Positions 26,775 through 40,918 of a stretch of DNA of 64,000 nucleotides are shown here, piece after piece. The notes under the pieces were generated by a model. It was not told the origin of the DNA and searched no databases. It saw nothing but the letters and a program-made list of their open reading frames with translations. The translations under genes were made by a program, and so were the position numbers. The stretch is from Octopus vulgaris (taxonomy: Eukaryota). Where the stretch lies: NCBI GenBank assembly GCA_951406725.2, contig OX597815.1, positions 192,696,001 to 192,760,000 of the forward strand. The letters run 5' to 3'. Positions within the stretch are counted from its first letter, which is position 1. Each line of letters opens with the position of its first letter.

Positions 26775-27365
26775 TTTTGTTGCCAACAGAGGTAAAAGCT
26801 CTCTGAACTTCTTCCATCCTTTCCTTATTCTAGCAACTACACTTTTAGAATCTCCTCCTCCACTGCTAATTCAGTTGCCTAGATAACAGAAACTTTCTAC
26901 TACTTCTAGGGAGCTGACAAGGCATTCAAAAGAACCAATTTCTGATGTGTCCCTAGCTTTAAGGTACCTGTGCATCTTCCATACAGAAACACTACTTTCT
27001 CCATCAACTGTCCAGTGATTCCACTGGACCCCTTGAGTGTCCATAGCTTGCACTGGACATATCATATGGAATTGCTACCTCTGCCTTTCCTACATATCAA
27101 ACAGGGCCATTTACCTGAAGTGAGTAGAATCTTATCAGTTTTCCTGCACATTAGAACTTTGGTCTTTGCTAGCTTAACTTTAAGGCCCTTTAATTCCAGG
27201 TTTTGCTTCCACACCTGGAATTTTTTTTCTAATTCTGTTAAAGATTCTGCTACAAAAGTGGTCATCAGCATATGGTAGCTCACAGGGGCAGCTAGTCTTG
27301 AATTCTTCTGTTATGGCCTGGAGGACAATGATGAATAGGAGGGGACTGAGAACTGAGCCCTCATG
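26775..27365 (-). pseudogene. RTE-like LINE reverse transcriptase fragment with Cys-rich insert
   Basis: HEGSVLSPLLFIIV...ELPYADD, LEKKFQVWKQNLELKGLKVKLAKTKVL, WPCLICRKG and LEVVESFCYLG in shifted frames. Confidence 0.85.
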
Positions 27366-27854
27366 GTTAACTCTCACATCTTCATCATCTTCTCTCCTCT
27401 TGCTCTCCATCTGAGGTAGCCATGTTACTCTTCTAACACAAGTGGTTGGCATAAGGAAGGTTGGCTATAGAAACCATGCCAAAGCAGACAGCAAGGCTAG
27501 GTGCAATCTTCTGATTTTCCAGTTCCTGTCAAACTATCCAACCCATGCTAGCATAGAAAACGAATGCTAAATGATAATGAGGGTGATGACGATGACGACA
27601 ACAACGAAGTCCTATCTGTTTCTCTAACCCTTAATGGTCTTTTCAAATAAGTAATTTTCCATGCATCTTTGAAGGTGCAAAACCAGATGATTTGTTTAGA
27701 GGAATATGAAAACAAACACACAGACATACATATATATATGCATATGGACATACACACAACATACACATACACATATATATACATATGTACGAACAAACAC
27801 ATACATATATATATACATACACATATATACATACAAATGTAGACACATATACAC

Positions 27855-27885
<31 letters not shown>

Positions 27886-30800
27886 TATACATATGTACAG
27901 GCACACTCACACACACACAAATATTAAACCTAATGTTTGATAGTAATTTTTGCTTAGAATTTGTCTTCAGTATTTTTCAATGTACCAACTATATTTCTTT
28001 GAACTCGAATAACTGTGTGTGTGTGTGTGTGAGTGTATGCGCGCGCATGTGCACATGTGTGTGGTTGTGTGTGTGTGTGTGTTAAAGAAAATGAAATATC
28101 TTCACAGTTGTCATTAGGTCTGCAATCTGCAAGTATTAAACTGTTTTGCAGAAGAGGAAACACTGAACAATATATTCTAATGAAAATTATTCCCTAAACA
28201 ATATCATTCAGCTTTCATTCAGTATTCATTCTATATATATATATATATGGCATTATGTAACATTAAACAACTTCATTATGAATAGGAAATCAGGAAAACC
28301 TACAGTATGCCATTTACACAAAAAGCTATGTGGAAATCTCATTCAAAGATATCATTTTAATTATGAAGTACCTTCTCTCAAAACGCAAGATTGAATTAAA
28401 CATAAATTCATCTTTTGAAAAGAGGAGAAAAGCATTATTATATAATACTGTTTTATTTAAACTGAGTTCAAATATTCAGTTAAAAAGTAAAAATTTAGAT
28501 ATCTGCATTTTTGTTTATAATGTTTATTTTTAAGATACTGCATAAATTATTCCCAACTTAATTATCATCAAACTTTTATAACTGTTCATATAAAATTACG
28601 ATGCCATTGTCCTGGAATCCAAACTCATCTTAGAAATAAATTGTTTATCCGTGCACATTTTAAAATATTGTAAACATAATTTTCCTGATTTCAATATTAA
28701 CTTACAGAGCTATTCAATATCATGTAGACACTGCTTTGATCTTAAAAGGTTGAGAATAATCTATCAATAAAATGATGTTGATGTTTTCATCCTAATTAGA
28801 TATCAGAACATTAAATATATTTTATTCCTACGGATTAAATTGAAAAAAAAAGGAAGACAATGCAATTTAATCTAACAATTGTAAACATGATCAATTTTAG
28901 GTGAAACATAAATGTACTTTATCTATGATTAATTTTGATGCATTGTATAAATATGAATGAAACTGATGTTTTTTTTCCTTTTTGAGAACAGACGAAGAAT
29001 TCTATAGTAAGATCTTGACAACTTATTTTAAAATGTAGCCAATGAATTAATGAGTATTTGTGTACTATTCCAAACTGGCTGTTAATCAAAGTATTTCTGT
29101 TGTCCACTAAAAATACATAAGATATTGCAAACAAATGTGAAGCAAAAAACAAAAACATAAAAAAATATATCTAAGGAAGATGGTAAAGATAGCATACCAT
29201 AATCTATCAGATTGAAATAGGTATTGGAATATTAAGAATTCAAAATCAAAGTTCAAGACAGTGATGGAACAAATTAATAATGATGTAAAAGAGTATGATT
29301 AATCAATGAGCAATAATTTATTGACAGTAAGCAATTATTTCAAAGTCTTACAAAGGCCTCTTTATAAAAGAACAATTAATTATCAATAAATTAAGTTTAA
29401 CATTTAGAAACACTTAATATTGGGTAGAAAATTTTTTTAAATATAAACTAAAAATTAACAAAGGGCCAGAACTTGCTTTTATTTTTTTATATCAAGTTTT
29501 ATTTTTGGTTTCTTTATTTTACAAAACAATTTGAAAGTAGGTTATATACAGCAAAAATATAATTGTAATGATATAGTCTCTTATGCAGGTTCAATGTTTC
29601 GTTAAAGTGAGTAAGCCAGGAACATATCTATTCCTGATGGGTAAATATTTTAGGAATTCTGTGGGAATGGAAAACAATATTGACCCCAGTATCTCTTGAC
29701 AAACCCAGAATGAGAAGGATGAAACTAAATACTCCAAGAGCTTTTGTTTGCCATTCTACTGTATCTGGCATTTCACCATCTTTCTATATTTGTATGACAG
29801 ATAATAGATAAACAAGTTAAAAATCAAGTCAAGTATGAACCGTTTATTTACAAACAAAACAGTTTCTGGTTTCAGCAAGATAATTAACTTTCTCTTTTAT
29901 TGAGACATCAGTGTTACAAGTAACTATTTTCTTTTATTACATATTTTAATAATTGCCAAAGAATAATACAATAATAATGGCCAATCACGAAAATTGTTAA
30001 TTAACATTATATAATCAGTTCTGAAAATTACAATATGTAAAATTCCATTAACTCACAATTTGTTCTCTCAGTACAAAATCAATTTATTCAAACATTCATA
30101 ATTTTGTATTATTTGTAAAAAGAAATGGAAAGAATGTAAACAGAATATAATGTTTTATAAAGAAATGAATTTTGAAGGTAAACAATTTTACTGTACCGTT
30201 TCTAATTGATTGCAGACTCTAAATATTACTCAGATAATTTCATATGTGAGAATAACCCCCACACACATTGTATAAAAATAATATTATTTTAAAGAATGTC
30301 TAAGTTAGTCTGATGCTAATACTGAAATAATATTTTTTTCTTAATTCAGAAATAAAAAAATAAAAAAAACTTGTTCAGATTTACATTTCTTCAAAGTGAA
30401 GAATCATTTTGTATAAGGAACAACAAACTTAATCCAAGAATACAGAATGACAAATGTAAAGAATTAGACACACCAAGATGAAGATTATGATATAAAAATT
30501 ATTAGCTATAATAAAAGTTGTGTCATAAATGACATTTAAACGTTAATCTTCCTAACAAAATTCTATAATATATTGAAGAAAATGTAAGAAAGTTGGTTAT
30601 AAAAGTTGAAAGTGACTTAGTAAATTCTCAACAAAGTGCACGACTTCATTTCTAATCCTTGTTCAAATTATTCCGCTCATTTAAATTTCAAATTTCAAAT
30701 GCTTTTATGAAAAGCATAATTATAACAACTTCCTATCTTCCACAATAAAAGTTAAAAGAACTTATCACCAACTGGTAGATACCACTGATCACAAAATAAC

Positions 30801-31125
30801 GAATGATTGATTAATTGATTATCTAAAGCATCTACAAGACAAATAAGCTCATAGCAGGAGATTATTAATTCTTAAAAATTTTATTGATAAAAGGAAGTAA
30901 AATCTAGAAAATATAATATTCTTTCTATTATGCACATATTTTGTTTCTTGAAATATTTTCCAAGCAAAAGGAGCCAGTCCTTATCAGAATACTGGAGTTA
31001 TTAAAGATCAATATATCAAAATGAACTCAGGTAACAGCACATTTAAAAATGCAGTACCATAAAATCTCTTCTTTTCCTACAATATTATTAAAAGAATAAA
31101 ATATATATATATATATATATATATA

Positions 31126-31489
31126 TCTTCTCTCTATATATAAACGGCAGTTTGTCTGTGTGTCTGTTAGGTTGTACCCTCACCCTGACCACGGCTTTCA
31201 ACCGATTCTGATGAAACTTGACACACACATAGCCCAATGTCATAATTCAAAACTAACGCAGCGAAAATTTTGAAAAGTTCCCCCAGTTCTGAAAAAAATC
31301 GATAAATTCGACATGGGGTCGAGAATCAGAAACACAAACCACAGATTGTCTAGGGGACGCAACTCGACCTTTTTAACTAAACAAAAAATTTACCATCATT
31401 TTTTTCCCCATTTTTTGGCTATAACTCTCTAAAAATGCTTTATAGTTATTTCCCTTACAAACCCGAGCAACGCCGGGTGATACTGCTAG
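31126..31489 (+). mobile_element. Non-autonomous Helitron
   Basis: 5' TC, 3' hairpin CCCGAGCAACGCCGGG then CTAG, inserted between A and T within (TA)n; no TIR. Confidence 0.85.
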
Positions 31490-32354
31490 TATATATATAA
31501 AAAATAACCAAAATGAACAACAGAAAAACGAAAGTGAAACAAGAGAATAATATAACAAATAATACAAATAACAATATGAATGAAGGTCAACTTTGAAAGT
31601 ACTCTTTGAAAATCTTTCCCAATATGTTCCAATATTACTTAAACTTTTTATCCTTTCATCTGTTTAAGCAGATTGGTTACTTTCTTCGACCAGTATGCAC
31701 AAAATTCAGCAATATTCTATGTTATCAAATTACATTACAGTATATTTGTAATTTGATTCACTGCTTCCAGGTTATAAAGCTCACAGCCTGCTGCTTATAA
31801 CATCAAGGCGCTTAATGCACATGGCAGCCAAAATTGCATGCTATAGACAACAGAATCTCTATTATTTGTTTGCGATTAAACCTTTTAAAATATGTCATGC
31901 TATTTGAACTATATTTTACACAGCTCATAGACATATAAAATAAAGTTCAAAAGCATGACATATTTTCATCAACAAACACTTAAAGCAATATGGGTCCTAA
32001 TTTTCTTTTTTTTACTTTTTTTTTTTGCATGTGATGTTTCACAAAAACTCTCTCACCCTCTCTCAGACAAAGGCATCTAATAGCTTCATTCACATACCTA
32101 TTAGTAGGTATTTAGATAGTACATGTTTAAAGAGGCTATCGCAAAAATAAAAATAATAATAAAAATAAAAACAAAAAAAAAAATACATAGCTAAAAAGTC
32201 TAAGAGACTGAAAATTCAAACTTTGAATCAAAATATTATTTTTTTAAAAATTTCAGATATTTAAAAATTCTTTTAAAAATTTAATTCTGACACAAACAAA
32301 TATTTTCAGCATTTGATAGATAACATTTTGATTTCCTGTGCATGAAATTTTAAT

Positions 32355-32755
32355 CTTTATCTTTCCCTTTCACCTGACTGTGGCCATGCTGGAGCAGTTC
32401 AGTCAAACAAATTAACCCCAGGACTTCCATTTTTTTAGAAGCCTCATACTTATTTTATCAGTTACTTTTGTCAAACCACTAAGTTATGGGGACATAAACA
32501 CACTAACACTTGTCAAGCAGTGGTAGGAACAAACACACACACATATCCTTTTACTTTATTCTTTTATTTGTTTCAGTCATTTGACTGCGGTCATGCTGGA
32601 GCACCACCTTTAGTCAAAAAATTGGACCTAGGACTTATTCATTGTAAGCCTAGTACTTATTCTATCAGTCTCTTTTGCCAAACTGCTGAGTTACAGGGAT
32701 GTAAACACACCTACATCAGTTGTCAAGCGACGGTTGGGGACAACCACAGACACAC

Positions 32756-32805
<50 letters not shown>

Positions 32806-33082
32806 ACAAGGCTTTGGTCAGCCCAAGACTATAGAAGACATTTGCCCAAGGTGCCATGCAGTGAGACTGAACCCAGAACCATATGGTTGGGAAGCAAGCT
32901 CCTTACCACACAGCCACACTGATGGGTTTCTTTTGGTTTCCATCTACCTAATCCATTCACAAGGCTTTTGTTAGTCTGAGACTATAATAGAAGATACTCG
33001 CCCAACGTGCCACACAGTGGGACTGAACCTGGAACCATGTGGTTGGGAGGCAAACTTCTGACCACACAGCAATACTCGTGCC
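32355..33082 (-). mobile_element. Stack of three partial or complete SINE A copies
   Basis: 3' half (about 32355-32545), near-complete copy (about 32548-32920) and 5' half (about 32921-33082), consistent with one copy nested in an older one. Confidence 0.82.
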
Positions 33083-34067
33083 TGGTTTTCTCTGCTTAAA
33101 ATTTTAATTTATAAACAACAAAAAGCAATACAAGAAACAAAGAAACTAGAACTAAATCTTCCATTCCTGCTAACAAGTTGTTTATTTAAAGAAAGGAAAT
33201 AACATACAAATAAATTCACAAATTTGTAAATTTATTTTAACTAGAAAAAAAAAAAAAGCTTATAATGACCTCTTAACATTGGTATAAGACTATACATTTT
33301 TGTGGAGATTGGGGGAGCACAAACAGTTAAATCATCCCCAGTGTTTCACTGATCCTTGTTTTATTGAACCGAGAGAGGGGGATAAAAGAATGAAGTCAGG
33401 TCTGTCAAAGCTGGATCTTGGAACCTAACCGTAATGTATTTTGTCTGGTATGCTTCTAATTCTACCATCAACTGTGCTTTGCGATATCAACAATCATGGT
33501 ACATTAAGGTTATCACATATCATCAGCCATCACACACAAAAAAAAAAAAATTTATGTTAAACTATTTAAAAAATAAACAAATATGAAGAAAATTTTCACA
33601 AAGAAACTTCATGAATTATTAATATAGAAGAATTAATTCAGGCTCACACTTGCAACTGATAGTTTATTTAAACATGCGACCAGGCAATTGGGAGGAGTGA
33701 CATTTTTGCCCGGGACTTTACTTAATGTATGGCATTAACAAAATCTCTTTTATTCAACTTATCTTATCCACATGAAATGTATAGCTTTGATAATTGTATA
33801 AATGTTAATTCTATGTTCTATGTTGGGAGGCTGTGGTGTGAAGAGAAGCTCGTATATAAGATAAAGCAATCTAAATGCTATTAACTTGAATAGCCATTGT
33901 ACTAAGCTTGTCTCAAAACAAGCAATTAGTGTGGAAGAATTAGGTAACAGTCATACGGTCTCACAGACAAATATAAAACACATTTGTGAATACTTCATGT
34001 CCAGTCTGCATTGTACGTATGTGTCTCTGTAAACACACACACATACACACACACACACATATATATT

Positions 34068-34497
34068 TTTATCTTTTACTTCTCACAATCATTGGACAGC
34101 AGCCATGCTGGGACACTGCCTGGAAGAATTTTTAGTTCAATGAATTGATCCCAGTTCTTATCTTATTTTAAGCCTAGTATTTATTCTATTGGTCTCTTTT
34201 GCTGCACTGCTAAGTTATGGGGATGTAAACACACCAACATTGATTGTCAAGTGATGTTGGGAGGGGAGACAGACACAGACACAAAGGTGTGCACATGCAT
34301 ACACACATACACACACATACTCACAAACACACGCATACATATCACGACAGGATTCTTTCAGTTTCCATCTACCAAATTCACTCACAAGGCTTTGGTTGGC
34401 CTGAGGCTATAGCAGAAGACACTTGCCCAAGGTGCCACTGAGACTGAACCTAGAACCATGTGGTTGGGGAACAAGCTTCTTACCACACAGCCAGTCC
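34068..34497 (-). mobile_element. SINE family A, older subfamily
   Basis: Diverged family A consensus. Confidence 0.82.
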
Positions 34498-34528
34498 AGC
34501 AACTATATATAAATACACACACATAAAC

Positions 34529-34573
<45 letters not shown>

Positions 34574-34580
<7 letters not shown>

Positions 34581-34872
34581 ATCACATGACCGACCAGTCC
34601 ATCAGATGTAGTTACACATCGCTGGTCACAATGCGTTTGCATTGTTTTAGCCTTCGAATGACGCTACCTCGCTGGCTAAGCGAGCAGGCCAACAGAAGAA
34701 AGAGTGGTGAAAGAGTACAGCAGGGATCACCATCCCCTGCCGGAGCCTCATGGAGCTTTTAGGTGTTTTCGCTCAATAAACACTCACAACGCTTGGTCTG
34801 GGAATCGAAATCGAAACCGCGATCCTACGACCGCGAGTCCGCTGCCCTAACCACTGGGCCATGGCGCCTCCA
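34574..34872 (-). mobile_element. tRNA SINE family F (tail type 1)
   Basis: Reverse complement TGGCCCAGTGGTTAGGGC (A box) ... GGTTTCGAT(TTCGAT)TCCC (B box with 6-bp duplication); flanked by (TA)n. Confidence 0.82.
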
Positions 34873-34873
34873 C

Positions 34874-34906
<33 letters not shown>

Positions 34907-34952
34907 ATATATCTCTTCATAAACATACACACACACACATACACAAATGCAA

Positions 34953-34986
<34 letters not shown>

Positions 34987-35337
34987 ATGTGTATGTAAGT
35001 AAATGGATCTGTTAGTTGTTCAATGAAGTTACACATCTTCTCATTGAATTAACACGTAAGTGGTTGAATATCCCACTTTCACTGTACCCTTCACAATGAA
35101 CCAGAATCAGTATGGCATTGTGTGTGACAGAGCTGAACCTCTGAATTGCAGTTACAATCCTTCTGATGGGTTTCAGCATAGTTTCCATCTATCCAATTTT
35201 ACTTGTGATGCTTTGGTCAGCATGAAAATATGGCAAATGATATTTTGGCCAAGATACTACACAGAGATTGAACCCTGAACCACATTATTGCAAAAGCAAA
35301 CTTCTTAGTAAGCCATGCTACATCCACATATGAGTAG

Positions 35338-36060
35338 AGGCATGGCTGTGTAGTAAGAAGTTTGCTTCCCAATCAGATAGTCCCAGGTTCTGTCCCATTG
35401 CATGACATCTTGGGCAAGTGTCTTCTATCATTGCCTCAGGCTTACTAAAGCCTTGTGAGTGGATTTGGTAAAGATAAACTGAATGAAGCCCATCATGTGT
35501 GTTTGTGTGTATGTGTGTCGTTTTGTGTCTGCACTTGTGGTTGTTTCCCATTGATGTTTGACAAGTGTGTTTATGTCTCTATAGCTTTGTGGTTTGGCAA
35601 AAAGAGACCAATAGAATAAGTGCCATGTTAAATAAAAAAATAAATAAATAAAGCGCAGGAGTGGCTGTGTGGTAAGTAGCTTGCTAACCAACCACATGGT
35701 TCTGGGTTCAGTCCCACTGCGTGGCAATTTGGGCAAGTGTCTTCTGCTATAGCCCCAGGCTGACCAATGCCTTGTGAGTGGATTTGGTAGATGGAAACTG
35801 AAAGAAGCCTGTCGTATATATGTATATATATATATGTGTGTGTGTGTTTGTGTTTGTCCCCCTAGTATTGCTTGACAACCGATGCTGGTGTGTTTACGTC
35901 CCCGTCACTTAGCGGTTCGGCAAAAGAGACCAATAGAATAAGTACTGGGCTTACAAAGAATAAGTCCCGGGGTCGATTTGCTCGACTGAAGGCGGTGCTC
36001 CAGCATGGCCACAGTCAAATGACTGAAACAAGTAAAAGAGTAAAAGAGAAAGAGTAAAAG
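35338..36060 (+). mobile_element. Two tandem SINE A copies (old 35338-35625; young 35653-36060)
   Basis: Two successive family A heads and bodies. Confidence 0.88.
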
Positions 36061-37095
36061 CTGGAGGTGCTTCATTCAAGTAAAATTCTTCAAGGCAATG
36101 CTCCAGTATGTCCACAGCCTGATGATTGAAACAAATACAACATACAAGACAAACCTACATATATATTACACACAAACACACACACACTTAAATGTATGTA
36201 TGTATGTATGTATGTTCACATATAAGTTCATGTGTGCGTCTGTAAATGGACACACATATACACAATTATACACACGCACACAGAGCACAAACCTAGTTAT
36301 TGAAACTTGGTTTATCTTTGTCGTTTTCTTTTCTTATGCTTTTTTTTTCCAGAAAGACACTTATTTTCCAAATCAACCATACTCGCTTTGAAGGCTTATC
36401 ATTCTTCTTTTTACATTACTTTTTATAAATTAGTTCCACAGATGTCTGTCTAACGATAAAAGAATATTCAACACACTGGAAACTTTATTGTTTTTGCTTT
36501 GCGCCTTCTTATAAAGTGAAAGTAAATACATTTAACAGAAGAACTTCAGTTCATCATTTGTACTTAACAAAGGATTATTGCTTGACTTTGACAATATAAA
36601 AAAAAAGAAAGAATACTCTACCAGACACAAAAACGGAAATGTGAATGTGTGTATGCTTCTGTATATGTGTATATATATGTGTGTGTGTGTGTGCACACAT
36701 ACTTACACACATACCATAATGTTAAAAGTGATATGCATGTATTTGGATTTGTTTCAAAATGTACTTGGTTCAAATCCAGTTAGGAGGGAGTAAACTTCCT
36801 CTTTCGTTACTATGGGAGCACAAGTCAGCAAAATAAATACAATATGATGGATCCTAGTAATATTCTGAACAAGTTTCAGCCAGCATTATCCTTGCCCTGC
36901 AAATACTAAGCTAAATGGAAACCAATATTTTAACAAGGTAAAAGGATTTCTCAAGGCAGTGCCCCAGCATGGCCACAATCTAATGACCGAAACAAGTAAA
37001 AGAAGTTGCATGTACACATTGTGGAGCTGAAGGTAAGCCATAAATTTCATAAAAAATATTCAGCCCATGGTCAGACCTGTTCTCACTTGCATTTA

Positions 37096-37985
37096 GCCTT
37101 TTGACACCAGCCCGGATGAAACCACCTCTGGCTCTGTAGTACAAATGTCTTGTTTTCATAAGTTCTGAATTAAAATCTTCCACCAAACCTTAGTCACAAT
37201 TTATGCTCCTAACACTAGCTTAATGATAACTAAGTTATTTTACTAAATTCTTTGCTATATTTAAAATTAATTGAAAGAAACACAGAGCATCGTAACCCTT
37301 TTGTTATTGTATTTATTTTGAGATGCTCTGTGTTTCTTTCAATTAATTTTAAATATAACAAAGAATTTAGTAAAATAACTTAGTTATTATTCAGCTACTG
37401 TTAGAAACATAAATTGTGACTAAGGTTTGGTAGAAGATTTGAATTCAAAACTTATGAAGACAAAACATTTGTATTCAGAACCAGAACTGGTTTCAGCTGG
37501 GTTGGTAATGAAAGGGTTAACAAATGATTAATTTAACCCATTTGATAGCAACCCACCTGAAACCATCTCTGGCTCTGTAGAAAAAATGTCATGGTTTCGA
37601 AAGTTTTGAATTAAAATCTTTCACCAAACTTTAGTCATAATTTATGTTCCTAATACTGGCTTGATGATAACTAATATATTTTACTAAATTCTTTGTTATA
37701 TTTAAAGTAATTGAAAGAAACACAGAGCATCTCAACAGAAATATGGTAACAAAAGGGTTAACAAATGATTAATTTAACCCTTTTGATACTAACCCAGCTG
37801 AAACCACCACAGGCTCTGTAGTACAAATGTCTTGTTTTCAAAAGTTCTGAATTAAAATCTTCCACAATTTACATTCCTAAAACCAGTTTAATGATAATTA
37901 AGTTATTTTACTAAATTCTTTGTTATATTTAAAATTAATTGAAAGAAACAGTGAGCAACTCAAAATAAATACGGTAACAAAAGGG
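37096..37985. mobile_element. Array of four MITE E copies (37096-37291 truncated, 37296-37516, 37537-37757, 37778-37985)
   Basis: CCCTTTTG/AAAGGG-type termini with TTAA. Orientations are rev, fwd, rev, rev relative to the 22271 copy. The spacer ttaacaaatgattaatttaa occurs twice. Confidence 0.9.
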
Positions 37986-38538
37986 TTAATAATACTCAGC
38001 AAAAAAGTATGAACATTTCAATTTCTCCACTGATAAATCTTGGGTCCTTGTACCAAGTTAAAAGAGACATGATAAATGATAGTATATATGGACATTACAG
38101 TTCATTACTGTAAGTAGTTTAACTTGCTTGCCATTATGAGTTAACATATAGCCAGGATCCTCTTAGCATTTCAGCTCTTTTAAGGGTTAGTAAAATTAAA
38201 AACTATTAGTCTATAGGTGTGGGTTTAATTTACAATATTACGTTTAATCAAAATGAAATCAGAGTCTTGCAAGGTAGGGTGACTATCGCAGTGATTGTCG
38301 CTGGCCATTCCCTCTGGCAATACCTTTGCAATTATGTCCACAAGGTACAGCAATTACGTCCACAAGGTACAACCTGTTACTCCCCTCACCCACCTTTTTT
38401 CTTTATTTCCTAGGTGAGATACTTATGGGGGAATTTTTTGCAATGACTTGGTCTTTTATGCTTTTAATGCTTCTTTTCTTTCCTTTCCATAAAAATATGT
38501 TGTTAATAAAACGGGATATAGAAACAAAAAAACATATA

Positions 38539-38912
38539 TCTATATATATATATATATATATAAAGCTGAAGTTGTCTGTGTGTGTGTGGCAGGTTTGGAA
38601 GCCTTCAACTAACACTAAATTGAAAGTATGATAGAAGAAGGCTTGCTCTTCCTTCCATAGAAGAAAAAATGCAAATCGGACCATGTTAACACCAAAAATT
38701 ATTTACATCAAAAAGGTGCTTTTTTTTCTATGAAAATCCCTATTTTTTAACGATTTTTTTACTGCTGTGTCGCCATTTTTCGGTGTATTTCAACCAGAAA
38801 AATGTTCACTTAAAGAGAATAACAAGCTACATAATGCAAAATTTTTACTTTTCAAAAATTCTAATTCTAAAGGGTCAAAACAAACCCGAGCAATGCCGGG
38901 CGATACTGCTAG
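38539..38912 (+). mobile_element. Non-autonomous Helitron
   Basis: 5' TC and 3' CCCGAGCAATGCCGGG...CTAG|T. Same ends as 31126-31489 with a different interior. Confidence 0.85.
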
Positions 38913-39827
38913 TATATATATATATATATATAATCAAATGAATAAAATATGTTTGATCAAAACAACTCCTTATTGGCCGTTCTATGTTAGGAGAAGATTT
39001 CAAATAACAAGCTATTTGCCAAAATAATTTAAAATTATTAGTATCCACTTACTTTAACAAGAGTAAAATCTCGCAAGAATTTCAACAAATTCAGTTTTTC
39101 AAATTAAATACTATTACAAACTATGTGGAAATAAGCAAACATATAAATAAGCAAATACAAGCTTTGATATTTATAATACATAAATAGGAGGCAGAGAAAG
39201 AAATAATGGAAGGGGCATTTCATTTTTATTCTTGGAATTCAAAGATAGTCTTAAAGGCTAAAGAGATATTTAAAAAATAGCTAAATAAATAGAAGTTGTT
39301 TTTCTTATTTTTGTTCTATGTTTGGCTATTATAGTCTGGTTAGTTTTAAGTGATATTTTTCTAAAAGAAAGCAAATATTGAAAAAGAAAATGGTGCTCCC
39401 AACTGAAAAATCAACTCAGTGACATTTGTAAAATTTTAGCTTCTATGTTGCTGAAAAATACAACTGTAAACTCTTGTAAACTAATTACACAAAACGAACT
39501 GAACTGGAAAGAATTTAGATTAAAAAGTCTATATACACACATACACACACACACACACATACACACACATTCATACACACACACACATATATATATATTT
39601 ACATATAAAATTTGACTTTCCACTTCACTACTTTGACAACAAATCAAGATAATTTAGAATTAATTAAATCATCTAATTTGAATTGTAATTTGAAGCTAAA
39701 TTCAAGTAAATTTAAATTTCAAATAAAACATTTATAAAACTACTATCAGCTAATTTCACACAGACATACACATATGCATGAATGCACACACACACACATA
39801 CACTTACACATCATCATCATCATCATC

Positions 39828-39863
<36 letters not shown>

Positions 39864-40065
39864 GCACAAGCATTTAGCTATTAATGCATTGCATCTTATC
39901 GCAGAAACAGCTGTAAGCTAGTGAAGTTCAAGACATAACTTTTTATTCCTTCATCTTCTAATTACTTATTACTGAGCTGTACTTGACTAGTGCTTTGTTC
40001 TGAAGCATATGTATACCGAGTTCTAATACCAGGTTATTAGTATCACTGTGCCTGATATATATATA

Positions 40066-40685
40066 TCATCATCATCATCGTTTAACGTTTGTTTTACATG
40101 CTGGCATGGGTTGGGTGGTTTGACTGAGGTCTGGCGAACCAGATGGCTCCACCTGGCTCAAATCTGATCGGGCAGAGTTTCTACAGCTGGATGCCTTTCC
40201 TAATGCCAACAACTCCAAGAGTGTAGTGGGTGCTTTTAAGTGTCACCGGCACGAGAGCCAGTCAGGTGGTACTGGCAATGACCTCGCTCGAATGTTGTTT
40301 TTCAAATGGTGTTTTTACGTGCCACCTGCACAGGAGCCAGTCCAGCGGCACTGGCAACGACCTCGCTCGAATGTTGTTTTTCATGTGCCACCAGCACAAG
40401 TGCCACTAAGGTGACGCTGGTAACAGTCATGCTCGAATGGTTAATTTTAAGTGCCACCAGCATGGGAGAAGGTCATCGGCCCTGGCACCGATCACGCTTG
40501 GATGGTGCTCTTAGCGCTCCATAGGCATGGATGCCAGTCATGCAGTGCTGTCATCGAATATGCTTTCAATTTCGATTTCACTTGCCTCAACAGGTCTTCG
40601 CAAGCAGACTTTAGTGTCCAATGAAGGAAAGTACGCATAAGTGGGCTGGTTACACCACTGGCATAGGCCATGGGTTATGGTCTCA
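40066..40685 (-). mobile_element. Retroposon family C, copy extending furthest 5' (includes non-repetitive 5' segment)
   Basis: (CAT)n tail, family C body, about five modules, then about 130 bp upstream of the modules. Confidence 0.85.
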
Positions 40686-40689
40686 TATT

Positions 40690-40915
40690 TCCATCAGAGA
40701 TGTCTGAGACACATTCTGAATGCTGACTAGTCTGCACAGAGGCTTCAAGGGGAGCTGATATTTTAAACATTGTTTACACTGCACAGAACACGTTGTTTGG
40801 AAGAATGATCAGGTGATCCTTAATCAAATACTATATGGTGAATTTGTTAGTGGAAATTGCCCCCCAGTGAAAACCAAGGCTACAATGTAAGGATTGTGTA
40901 ATATCTTTGATGAAG
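40690..40915 (+). pseudogene. RTE-clade LINE remnant
   Basis: QRCLRHIL...ILNQILYGEFVSGNCPQ*KPRLQCKDCV resembles an RTE C-terminus. Confidence 0.55.
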
Positions 40916-40918
40916 GCA

